Positions 10,188-18,964 of a DNA stretch of 64,000 nt are shown one piece after another; within the stretch, counting starts at the first letter, position 1, and each line of letters begins with the position of its first letter. This DNA is from a bacterium (lineage in GTDB: Bacteria > Zhuqueibacterota > Zhuqueibacteria > Residuimicrobiales > Krinioviventaceae). A program made the position numbers and the translations under genes. The stretch is taken from the NCBI GenBank assembly GCA_963693055.1, contig OY843751.1, positions 5,888,001 through 5,952,000 on the forward strand, read 5' to 3'. The notes beneath the pieces were generated by a model. The model saw only the letters and a list, made by a program, of their open reading frames with translations. It searched no databases and was not told the DNA's origin.

Positions 10188-11133
10188 GTACCAACTCCAT
10201 ATCATCCAGAATGATCTTTTTAAACCGGACCACAACACTATCTGTAATAGTATGTGTTGATGAGAAATACCCAAATCCGCCACCATGAATGTTATCATTT
10301 TCTCCGGATTTCATCCCTTTACTGATATAGTTTTCAATTATACTGTTTGAATTATTCAAGTCGCTATAAGATAATGCCGGGTACGGCAGATTAGTGGAAT
10401 CATAAGCAACTATTGACAGTCTAATTTGTTCCGTCCATTCGGATACCAGAGTGTCTCTTGTGCTTGCATGCTTAAAAGCCGGTAGCATAGAATTAGAGTC
10501 AAATGAGGAAATCCCATAATAATTCATTCTGATGGAATACCAGAAAGCATTCTCGCTTTTACTGTAGCGAATTTGCGGGGAGACATACTCTGAAATCGAA
10601 AAATAGGGGTAGTACTTTTGCGTGTAACCTTTATAAATATACTCCAACGTGTCCGGCATTTCTTCTTTTAACAAACGAAATTCTCCCGGTAAATAGGTAT
10701 AGGCATACAATAGAACATCTTTATTGATACGCGCGGAAATATCATATCGCTGTCCAGGGATAATATCGACCTGCTCCTGTTCATCCCCATAAACACCGGG
10801 CTGTAATTCGTCCAGCACCGCGCTCTGGTTGTTGCCACTAAGGGTAACAACCGCGCCGCTTACATCCTCCGGCATGGTCTCGGGTAGTGAATAGCCCACC
10901 ACCGCGCCGTTCGGTGAAATATCGGGTGAAATCTGACTGATCAGATAATAGGTACCCATTGAATCCGGATCTACCAATATCGGATCATGGGTGCAGGAAA
11001 GAATACCTAACATCAGAAAGATTGTTATCTTTATTAATCGAAAATTATTCAAGTACCAACTCCATATCATCCAGAATGATCTTTTTAAACCGGACCACAA
11101 CACTATCTGTAATAGTATGTGTTGATGAGAAAT
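10105..11133. repeat. Exact 164-bp direct repeat (10105-10268 and 10970-11133), part of an 865-bp tandem period
   Basis: Compared base by base. A second identical 73-bp pair (9394-9466 and 10259-10331) has the same 865-bp offset. Confidence 0.9.
10180..11052 (-). CDS. DUF4249-like lipoprotein, array copy B
   Basis: Same signal peptide MNNFRLIKITIFLMLGILSC (TTG 11052); paralogous to both neighbours. Confidence 0.75.
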   Translation of the reverse strand: MNNFRLIKITIFLMLGILSCTHDPILVDPDSMGTYYLISQISPDISPNGAVVGYSLPETMPEDVSGAVVTLSGNNQSAVLDELQPGVYGDEQEQVDIIPGQRYDISARINKDVLLYAYTYLPGEFRLLKEEMPDTLEYIYKGYTQKYYPYFSISEYVSPQIRYSKSENAFWYSIRMNYYGISSFDSNSMLPAFKHASTRDTLVSEWTEQIRLSIVAYDSTNLPYPALSYSDLNNSNSIIENYISKGMKSGENDNIHGGGFGYFSSTHTITDSVVVRFKKIILDDMELVLE

Positions 11134-11932
11134 GCCCGAACCCGCCGCCCTTTATATTATCGTTATGACCTTCATTGTAGCCCCACTCTGTCATATACTT
11201 TTCAATACCGCCATTTTGGTTATTAAAATCTGTAGATGGATTTGTTTTAAATGGTAGGTATGTTGAATCAAATGCCGTTATTGAAAATACACAGGTACTG
11301 TCCCATTCGCAATATTCAGGATCGTCAAAATGCTTGTACCTTGGATAATAATTTGCAGGTAAATATGAAGATGTTTGAAATGAATCCAAAGTTTCAGATT
11401 TTTTATCTGCATGCCAGGTCAATTGATATACAAACGCATGTTCACTATTACTCCATTTTATCAAAGGTGGTTCAACCTCTTTAACAAAAAACAAAAAACT
11501 ATCAAATCTTTTATAATACAGTCCTTTTAACAAATACACCAATGTATCCGGCATGTTTTCTTTTAATACAAAAAAATCTCCCGGTAAATAGGTATGGGCA
11601 TACAACAGCACATCCTCATTAATGCGCGCGGAAATATCGTACCGCTCGCCCGGTACAACATCAACCATTTTCTGATCATCCGCATATACACCGGGTTGCA
11701 ACTCGCTCAGTACCACGTTCTGACCGTTTCCGGCAAGGGTAACCTCCGCACCGCTTACATCCTCCGGCATGGTCTCGGGCAAAGAATATCCCACCACCGC
11801 ACCGTTCGGGGAAATATTGGGCGAAATCTGACTGATGAGATAATAGGTGCCCATGGAGTCCGGGTCCACCAGTATCGGATCATGAGTGCAGGAAAGATGC
11901 AGTAAAACAAAGACTAAAATCCCTCTTTTCAT
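11045..11932 (-). CDS. DUF4249-like lipoprotein, array copy A
   Basis: MKRGILVFVLLHLSC lipobox followed by the same THDPILVDPDSMGTYYL mature N-terminus. Confidence 0.78.
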   Translation of the reverse strand: MKRGILVFVLLHLSCTHDPILVDPDSMGTYYLISQISPNISPNGAVVGYSLPETMPEDVSGAEVTLAGNGQNVVLSELQPGVYADDQKMVDVVPGERYDISARINEDVLLYAHTYLPGDFFVLKENMPDTLVYLLKGLYYKRFDSFLFFVKEVEPPLIKWSNSEHAFVYQLTWHADKKSETLDSFQTSSYLPANYYPRYKHFDDPEYCEWDSTCVFSITAFDSTYLPFKTNPSTDFNNQNGGIEKYMTEWGYNEGHNDNIKGGGFGHFSSTHTITDSVVVRFKKIILDDMELVLE

Positions 11933-13276
11933 CTAATTATAAATCCGTATTTGTTTTGACTTACTATCAATGATTAACAAATAATCCCCAAAAACCTTGT
12001 AAAACTCGTGTGAAGGTAATCCATTTGCCAGGATCTCCCCTGTGTTGATATCCAGTTGATAATGTTCACACCAATCTTTATCGTATTTGGGATAACAGGA
12101 AAAAAATAAATTATTTTCATTAATAAAGATATCTTTAACGGCCATCAATCTCTTTTTATTTATAGACCAGCGTTCTTTTTGCGTGTTTATATCAAAGCAA
12201 CCAATATGCATTTGGTGATTTTTGTAATATCTTGTTAAAAGCAAATGATCATTAATAAACTCATATCCATGTACTACTCTTTTAAAATCCGTCAAGACAA
12301 CATCATTTCCATAAAGATTTACAACATTCACAAAAAGTTCAAGATTCATCAACGAATCCACTTCCATCTTTGTTGTTTTAAAAGCAACAAGATATTTACT
12401 TTTGTTCAAGTTAAAACAATCATCACAAACATCATTAACATCCAAAAACGCTTTCCCATCATCAGAAATCAACCATCTTTGAAATGTCACTGTCTTTGTT
12501 TCAATATTATAATTCACAAACTGTAACGGAAATCTTATATATTTCTTTTTGTGAAACTGTTCCAACTGTTTCTCAAAGAATTCATCACTTTTCATTAACA
12601 ATTCAAATTGAGAACCATTATTCATGTGTTGGTAATACATTTCCCGAAATTGTTCTTTATAATTTTCTTCCTGCTCTCTAGTACGAACACGAAATCTTTT
12701 GGACAGCAACAAACAAACTGTTGAATTACTTGAAAAAGCCGCATGAAAGAAACTGTATTTATGAGAATTAATTGAATTGGGTATTGGTTCCCCTGTTTCC
12801 ATATCAAGGATTAAAAAATTACCATCCATTTCATCATTACTGATCCCTTTGGTAATTCCATATTTACCATCATCATTGATTTCAAAAGGTTGATCTACAA
12901 GCTCACGACTCCACAATTCATCACCATTACTATTCAGACAGGTAAACGTAATAAAATCCCCCATCTTCCATCCATGCTTGATCAATATTTTATCAGAATG
13001 GGTGCTAATATAAACATCTTTAATACATTCCTGATTTCGTTTCCATGAAAATTGTCCTCGCATATCATAGCAGCAAACAATTCGTTTTATTTTCCCTGTA
13101 ATGGTAATAATTACTTTTTCATTGGATAAAATTTTGATCAGTTCATCATCACTATATTCTATATGTCCCACCTGTTGTTTGTCGGCAAAGGAATTCTGCA
13201 ATGCAAGTGGAACTTGCTGGTAAAGTCCATTAATAATCATTATCATATTTAATAATATTATTAAGCGCAAAATCAC
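11933..13276 (-). CDS. Hypothetical exported protein, probable beta-propeller (AT-rich)
   Basis: GTG start after AAGGGGGA; signal peptide; PQQ-like blade endings (NGDELWS, DMETGEPI, DINTQKERWS, DINTGEIL). Confidence 0.65.
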   Translation of the reverse strand: MILRLIILLNMIMIINGLYQQVPLALQNSFADKQQVGHIEYSDDELIKILSNEKVIITITGKIKRIVCCYDMRGQFSWKRNQECIKDVYISTHSDKILIKHGWKMGDFITFTCLNSNGDELWSRELVDQPFEINDDGKYGITKGISNDEMDGNFLILDMETGEPIPNSINSHKYSFFHAAFSSNSTVCLLLSKRFRVRTREQEENYKEQFREMYYQHMNNGSQFELLMKSDEFFEKQLEQFHKKKYIRFPLQFVNYNIETKTVTFQRWLISDDGKAFLDVNDVCDDCFNLNKSKYLVAFKTTKMEVDSLMNLELFVNVVNLYGNDVVLTDFKRVVHGYEFINDHLLLTRYYKNHQMHIGCFDINTQKERWSINKKRLMAVKDIFINENNLFFSCYPKYDKDWCEHYQLDINTGEILANGLPSHEFYKVFGDYLLIIDSKSKQIRIYN

Positions 13277-13288
13277 ATCCCCCTTTTA

Positions 13289-14620
13289 TCAATTCATCAA
13301 ATACAATATATGTTCAGTTTTTGAAAAAACAATTATTGTACTTCCCGGGAAATATAAATACTCATTCCACTTGCCAGACATCTCACCAGTTAATGAAATC
13401 AGACTACACAACATCGAATTCATATAATTTTTGTTACAACTTGAAATCACAAGATTGGTATCAGTTAAAACACAACTTTTAATCTTTCCTTTTATCAGAT
13501 CGCTTGCACTAATCTCCCACTTTTTTTGATGTTTGATATAGTCGTATAATTGAATTTTCTTATTTGCTCTTACACCATGAAATATTATCATTAAAGAATC
13601 ATCAACAATTTTCATTGAATGAATAGTTGGAAATTGTTTTATTTCACCTAACAATTCACCTCTTTTAGTAAAAACCAGGGCAACATCATTTGGCCTTGCA
13701 GGCCCTTTATTACTTCCATAATTAAAATCGATAATTATGCGGTCTTTTTGATTTGAAACACTTAAATCACCTTTTGATTTTTTCCATAAAAGCTTACCAT
13801 TTTTAGTAAATAACTCTTTTGATACTGATATACCATTTTCCTTTATTTTATAGAGTTGAAACTTTACCGGTTTATATTCAAGATCTTTACAATTCCTGCG
13901 TTTGTTTTTTAAATAAGCAATGTCCCTCTTGTTTTTTTTGATCTCTTTTCTATCAGACAATGTTTCTCGTTTTGCTTCCAAAGTCATTATTTCCTGATCT
14001 ATGAGATCTATCTTTTTCTCATCATAAACTACTTCCGTTTCCTGTAAAAGAACCAGTATCGTATTATCATCTATGAATTCCGCAAAAAAATTACTGTTAC
14101 TATTTTGGAATATTGTTTGAATTTCATTACCGGTTTGTGCATCAAACAATTGAAATTCTCCAATTCCGGTATCTCCACTTTTCATGGTTGTTATTGCATA
14201 AAGCCCGGAATCAGAAATTTTTAATCCGGGTGCTGTGATTTGTTTTTGCCATTTTTGGGTCCCCTTCTTATCATAACAAGTATGCGTATAATAATCATTT
14301 TTCCAATCGTGTATCACAATAATATTATTAGCGTTTTTATCCATTGTTACTGCGTAAACCCGTTCATGTTGTTTTTGCCATAACATATTTCCTGCATTAT
14401 CAAATAAATTTACAATATTTAACTGGTCGTCCTTTTCATCGGAACAGACCACAACAAAGCCCTGATTACCTGTCTGAAAATCCGCTACAACGTCATCTTT
14501 GAAATCAATGGTTTTAATAATCTCTTTACTATTAAACAATTGCTTCATTTCTACTGGTAGCTCCTGGCAAATTCCATTTACTACCCAGACCCATATAAAC
14601 ATCAAAACCATACGCGGCAA
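13289..14620 (-). CDS. Hypothetical exported protein, divergent paralog of the downstream gene (AT-rich)
   Basis: Signal peptide; DNAGNMLWQ, DKKGTQKWQ, DAQTGNEI repeats; charged helical insertion at the same relative position as in the neighbour. Confidence 0.65.
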   Translation of the reverse strand: MPRMVLMFIWVWVVNGICQELPVEMKQLFNSKEIIKTIDFKDDVVADFQTGNQGFVVVCSDEKDDQLNIVNLFDNAGNMLWQKQHERVYAVTMDKNANNIIVIHDWKNDYYTHTCYDKKGTQKWQKQITAPGLKISDSGLYAITTMKSGDTGIGEFQLFDAQTGNEIQTIFQNSNSNFFAEFIDDNTILVLLQETEVVYDEKKIDLIDQEIMTLEAKRETLSDRKEIKKNKRDIAYLKNKRRNCKDLEYKPVKFQLYKIKENGISVSKELFTKNGKLLWKKSKGDLSVSNQKDRIIIDFNYGSNKGPARPNDVALVFTKRGELLGEIKQFPTIHSMKIVDDSLMIIFHGVRANKKIQLYDYIKHQKKWEISASDLIKGKIKSCVLTDTNLVISSCNKNYMNSMLCSLISLTGEMSGKWNEYLYFPGSTIIVFSKTEHILYLMN

Positions 14621-14785
14621 AATACACCCCTGCTCTATTTAAATCAATGAATCTATTATTCCAGAATTTCTGCCCCTGGATTTAACAAGTTACACATCCG
14701 GTTTAAATTTCACAACTATTTTATCGAACATGTGTTCGGTTCTTTGACGTCCTAAAGAACCAAAACGTTTACCCCGGTTTTAAAA

Positions 14786-15196
14786 TTATGGTGTGAAAGC
14801 ACTCATCCCCGCCAGCACCAGTTCATAATCCTGCCCGATGATGACGGTCACATTAGCAATGGCGGAAGGATCGTTCAGATAAAACTGGCGGCCCTCGGGC
14901 AGTTTGAGTCTCGCTTCTAAAAGCGGTAGTTCCTTTTTCAACCGTTTGCTGCGCACCACCAGACGGGTTTTGGGCACATCAAAGCGTTCCGCATTGTCTA
15001 CCCGCACCACATTAAAATCCTGCAGCTTTTCCGCAAATGTCTGGGCTATTCCCGGTTTGCCGCAGCCATTCAAGATCTCTAACGAGATGGGTTCGGACTG
15101 GGCCTTTTTGTAGAACCAGGAAGAAATAAATATGGTATTGACAGCAATCAGCAGAAAAATAAGAAAATTTAAACGCTGTTTCTTTTTCACGCTCAT
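14786..15196 (-). CDS. LytR C-terminal (LytR_C) domain membrane protein
   Basis: N-terminal TM helix; LEILNGCGKPGIA...VDNA...VTVIIGQDY. Confidence 0.82.
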   Translation of the reverse strand: MSVKKKQRLNFLIFLLIAVNTIFISSWFYKKAQSEPISLEILNGCGKPGIAQTFAEKLQDFNVVRVDNAERFDVPKTRLVVRSKRLKKELPLLEARLKLPEGRQFYLNDPSAIANVTVIIGQDYELVLAGMSAFTP

Positions 15197-15229
15197 ACGC
15201 TGTTTCCCCTTGTCTTTTCAATCTAATTT

Positions 15230-16912
15230 CTAGCTGGTATATAAAAACCGTTTTATCTTTTGTGTTGGTGTTTTTTCAAACGGTTCTGTTTGCTCAATAA
15301 GCTTGTTCAGTCTTGAAAAAGCGGTAACCTTTTCGTTTACTGCATTTCGGATCTTTTTAAGCAATTCCTGAATGTTCTTTTTCATCTCTAATTCACTTTC
15401 ACAGGCGAAATCGGTATCAATCGCATCGTAATTCAGGTGCACGCGTGCTGCCAGTTTACCGCGATCATTAAACACCAGAGATTCCAGCACATACTCGCAC
15501 TGGTTGATCAGGGTTTCTACTTCTTCCGGGTAAATATTTTCACCACTGGGACCAATAATCACATTCTTGGAGCGGCCCTTGATATAGACAAAATCATCCT
15601 TGTCGAAAATTGCCAAATCACCCGTCTTGAACCAACCGTCCGGAGTAAATACCTGTTTGGTCAGTTCAGGATCTTTAAAATAACCGAGCATAATATTGGG
15701 CCCCTTGGCCTGTAATTCACCTTCTATACGATAAGGATCCTGCGAGGCAATCCGAAGACTCACTCCGGGCCCCGCAGGTCCGGTAGAGCCAATGCGGGTA
15801 ACATCGGGTGATGCACCGGCAAGCAGGGGTGAGGTCTCGGTCAATCCATATCCAATAGCATAAGGAAAGCCGCTGTCTTTTAAAAAGATCTCTACGTCCG
15901 TAGCCAGTTTGGCACCGCCAATACCGAAAAACCGCATACGTCCGCCAAAAGATTTGTACAACTTTTTACCGGCAATTTTGTGCAACTGTTTGCGCATTAA
16001 AGGATTTTGATACAACGTCCGCATCAATTTAGACTTTTGGAACTGGGGCAATATTCTGTTTTTAAATATTTTTTCAATAACCAATGGAACGCTTAGCATA
16101 ACCGTGGGACGAATTTTTGCCATAGCATCCAGCAAAAGCCGCGGAGATGGGGGTTTATCAAAATAATTTATCAATCCGCCGCCGTAAAAAACCACAAGCA
16201 TACCCACTGTGCATTCATAGGTATGAGAAAGCGGTAAAATAGACAAAGTTTGATCAGTAGGTTGAATGGCAAAAATACCGGTAGAAATGATAGTATTCGA
16301 AACAAGATTTTTATGAGAAAGCATAACTCCTTTTGAATGACCGGTTGTGCCGGATGTATAAATAATACATGCAAGATCATCTTCTTCAATCTCGGTATCT
16401 CCCCTGCCCGCCATTTTCAAGGCCGCGTTTTTTAATCGGGTAAAATCTTTTGATCGCTCTTTGAGCATATCACGCACACCATCTTTGGTGGTTTTGGGAT
16501 TTATTTTTGATAACGTTTCCATCAAAAACACATTATCTACAGATACCGGTTCTTCTTGCTGAATTTTATCATACTGTCGCTCTGAAATAAAAAGAGCTTT
16601 ACAGCCGGAATGACGGAGAATATGTCTCACCTGGTCAGGCTGAAAATCGGGCAAAATGGGTACAGCCACCGCACCCATGGTCGTTACAGCAAAATAGGTA
16701 ATGACCCAATTGGGCCGGTTTTCGCTCAAAATAGCAACACGGTCACCTTTTTGGATACCGTTGTTTTTCAGGATAGCAGACAGGTGCTTGACCTGTTCAC
16801 CCACTTGTTCATAGGTAATAGGTGCATCCCCAATGAGGGTCATGGCAGAATACGCTCCATGCCTGGAGATAACATAGTCTAAAAAGGATTTTAAGGTAAG
16901 TTTTGATAACAC
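15230..16912 (-). CDS. Long-chain acyl-CoA synthetase (AMP-binding)
   Basis: IIYTSGTTGHSKG, GYGLTETSP, GWFKTGD, GENIYPEEVE. GTG start at 16912 chosen for its AAGGAG RBS. Confidence 0.9.
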   Translation of the reverse strand: MLSKLTLKSFLDYVISRHGAYSAMTLIGDAPITYEQVGEQVKHLSAILKNNGIQKGDRVAILSENRPNWVITYFAVTTMGAVAVPILPDFQPDQVRHILRHSGCKALFISERQYDKIQQEEPVSVDNVFLMETLSKINPKTTKDGVRDMLKERSKDFTRLKNAALKMAGRGDTEIEEDDLACIIYTSGTTGHSKGVMLSHKNLVSNTIISTGIFAIQPTDQTLSILPLSHTYECTVGMLVVFYGGGLINYFDKPPSPRLLLDAMAKIRPTVMLSVPLVIEKIFKNRILPQFQKSKLMRTLYQNPLMRKQLHKIAGKKLYKSFGGRMRFFGIGGAKLATDVEIFLKDSGFPYAIGYGLTETSPLLAGASPDVTRIGSTGPAGPGVSLRIASQDPYRIEGELQAKGPNIMLGYFKDPELTKQVFTPDGWFKTGDLAIFDKDDFVYIKGRSKNVIIGPSGENIYPEEVETLINQCEYVLESLVFNDRGKLAARVHLNYDAIDTDFACESELEMKKNIQELLKKIRNAVNEKVTAFSRLNKLIEQTEPFEKTPTQKIKRFLYTS

Positions 16913-16990
16913 AACAAGCTCCTTGTTTTCAGTAGAATAAAATATCACATCTGAAAACAAGAAGCAAGTTTTTATTACAAATACAATTTG

Positions 16991-18529
16991 TTATTGATTA
17001 TTTTCCTTACGGTGGAACGCTTTATGGTAACCTGTAATAATGGCTTGATACAAAAAGCCGGGTTTGTCACCGGTTGTACCCAGATAAATATGAACAATCA
17101 TAAACAGCACAAACATCACTGCAACAAAATAGTGCATGAGTGCAATAAAACCCAATCCACCAATTCCCAATAAACCAATGGGTGCAAGTTCCGGGAACAT
17201 GAGCAGTAAACCGGTTATAATAATAACCGGGAACAAAAAGAACATCACAACCAGATAACTAAAACGCTGCAATGGATTGAATTTATGCTTTACAGAACAG
17301 TGATAGGGTTTATCTTCACCTCTGAATATTCCATATACATAATACCGGGCCTGAATCAATAAGCGTTGGTGTACATTATGGGCACCCGGAATATAGTGTT
17401 TTATATTTCCATCAAAAAAGTTCATTGCCAGATAAAAAGCAAATGCAAGCATTAACAAGCGCGCTGCATTATTGTGAACATTTACAGCAACTGCAAAGCT
17501 TAATATGGATCCTTCATTAGCAAAATGCAGGCTGAAACCGGTAAATATCAATATAATAAATAAAATCGCATTCGTGGCGTGCCAGATACGAATATTCAAT
17601 TTATATATATATTCAGAATGCAGTTCGTAATCGGGGCCATTTTTCTTAATATTACGTGTAAAATAAATACGTAATGCACCATGGGCTAAAACACCTGCAA
17701 ACGCGGCAAGAAACATTAAAATGATTAAATTATCAATAAAAGTTAACCGGGTTGCGCCAATCACATATGCATTCTGAAACAAATAATAATTCATAATACG
17801 ATGCAACTGATCATCTTTAGATGCAGTTGCAGATTGATACAGCTTGTGGGTCAATATGGAATTCTGAGAGTGGCAGGAAACGCATTTATGCTGCGCTTCG
17901 TCATCTGCTACAATGTGATGTACATTTGCGTCTTCTGCAGGCGTATGACATTCCACACAACGAACTGAGCGCCAGTGGATTTCACGACTTGGTAAAAATG
18001 AATGAGAGAGATCAAGCTTTGATGCATCTTTACCTGATAAATATGCATAAATTGCAGAATCAACATGACAATTGTAACAATTGTCATTATAATATTTTAT
18101 TTCATGTTCCAGATCCTGGGTCAAAGAATCAAAGTTGGCTCTGTGAATATCATGACATTTAAAACAGTTAAAATCCTGGATCTTTTCAGCATGGTAGCTA
18201 AGTTCATACGCTTCGTGTTGTTCTTCAAATTCTTCACCATGACAATCAAGACACATAGGCGTAGAAGCTGCATCAAGCAAATGTGGAAATTCTTCAAAAC
18301 CCCCTTCTTCCGATTCAATATGACACATGGTACATTCCATCTCACCATGCGTAGCTTTTTGATATACTTCAACAGGCAGATATAAATCAAGAATCTCACC
18401 TTTTTCTGTTACCGGCTCAATACTGTTATCCGCATGACATGCCTGACACAGTTCATCATATTGAGCAAATGTAACCGAAAAAGAGAGTAGCAGCAGCAAA
18501 GTAGTAAATATTATTTTTCTTGAAATCAT
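16991..18529 (-). CDS. Heptaheme c-type cytochrome fused to an FdnI/HydC/PhsC-type membrane cytochrome b
   Basis: Signal peptide; 7 CxxCH; TM region with RIWHATNA, VHNNA, KFNPLQRFSY, MHYFVA, IVHIYL. Confidence 0.85.
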   Translation of the reverse strand: MISRKIIFTTLLLLLSFSVTFAQYDELCQACHADNSIEPVTEKGEILDLYLPVEVYQKATHGEMECTMCHIESEEGGFEEFPHLLDAASTPMCLDCHGEEFEEQHEAYELSYHAEKIQDFNCFKCHDIHRANFDSLTQDLEHEIKYYNDNCYNCHVDSAIYAYLSGKDASKLDLSHSFLPSREIHWRSVRCVECHTPAEDANVHHIVADDEAQHKCVSCHSQNSILTHKLYQSATASKDDQLHRIMNYYLFQNAYVIGATRLTFIDNLIILMFLAAFAGVLAHGALRIYFTRNIKKNGPDYELHSEYIYKLNIRIWHATNAILFIILIFTGFSLHFANEGSILSFAVAVNVHNNAARLLMLAFAFYLAMNFFDGNIKHYIPGAHNVHQRLLIQARYYVYGIFRGEDKPYHCSVKHKFNPLQRFSYLVVMFFLFPVIIITGLLLMFPELAPIGLLGIGGLGFIALMHYFVAVMFVLFMIVHIYLGTTGDKPGFLYQAIITGYHKAFHRKENNQ

Positions 18530-18545
18530 TTTCTCTTCTTTTGGT

Positions 18546-18563
18546 TTGTGAATTATTTTACAA
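18546..18563. promoter_or_regulatory. Rex-like operator
   Basis: TTGTGAA-ttat-TTTACAA, one mismatch to the Rex consensus TTGTGAAnnnnTTCACAA, between the divergent cytochrome genes. Confidence 0.55.
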
Positions 18564-18964
18564 CTTAAAATTTAACCGTTTTATCCATAATAATAAACAA
18601 AAAAACAACTTGATTGATTATGTACAGCAAAAAGCGGCATTTCTGCCATTACTAATAAGGGTTTGGGAATAATTGCAAGAAAAGCTCAAGCGCATTATGC
18701 AGATTTTCTATTTTTTTTCAAAAAATGGTATTGCGTCTGTTTAATGCTTTCTTATATTGAATATAAAGGACCTGCTTTTGTGAAAAAAAGAACAAGTGTA
18801 ACCATATAGAGCCTTGTGTTGGGACCCATCATGTTTTAATTGTGGTTCTCTAACACTATTCAAATCCTTTTGACTTTCTTTTACGGATCGCCAAGACATT
18901 CTCGTCCTGTATCAAAGCTGGCTGACTTGATATCAATTCCCAATAAACATAAACCAATGACGAG

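Noticed and set aside
9330-11932. Diversity-generating retroelement as the cause of the lipoprotein repeats
   Set aside because: Differences between copies are not adenine-specific and include many synonymous changes; no reverse transcriptase is in the window.
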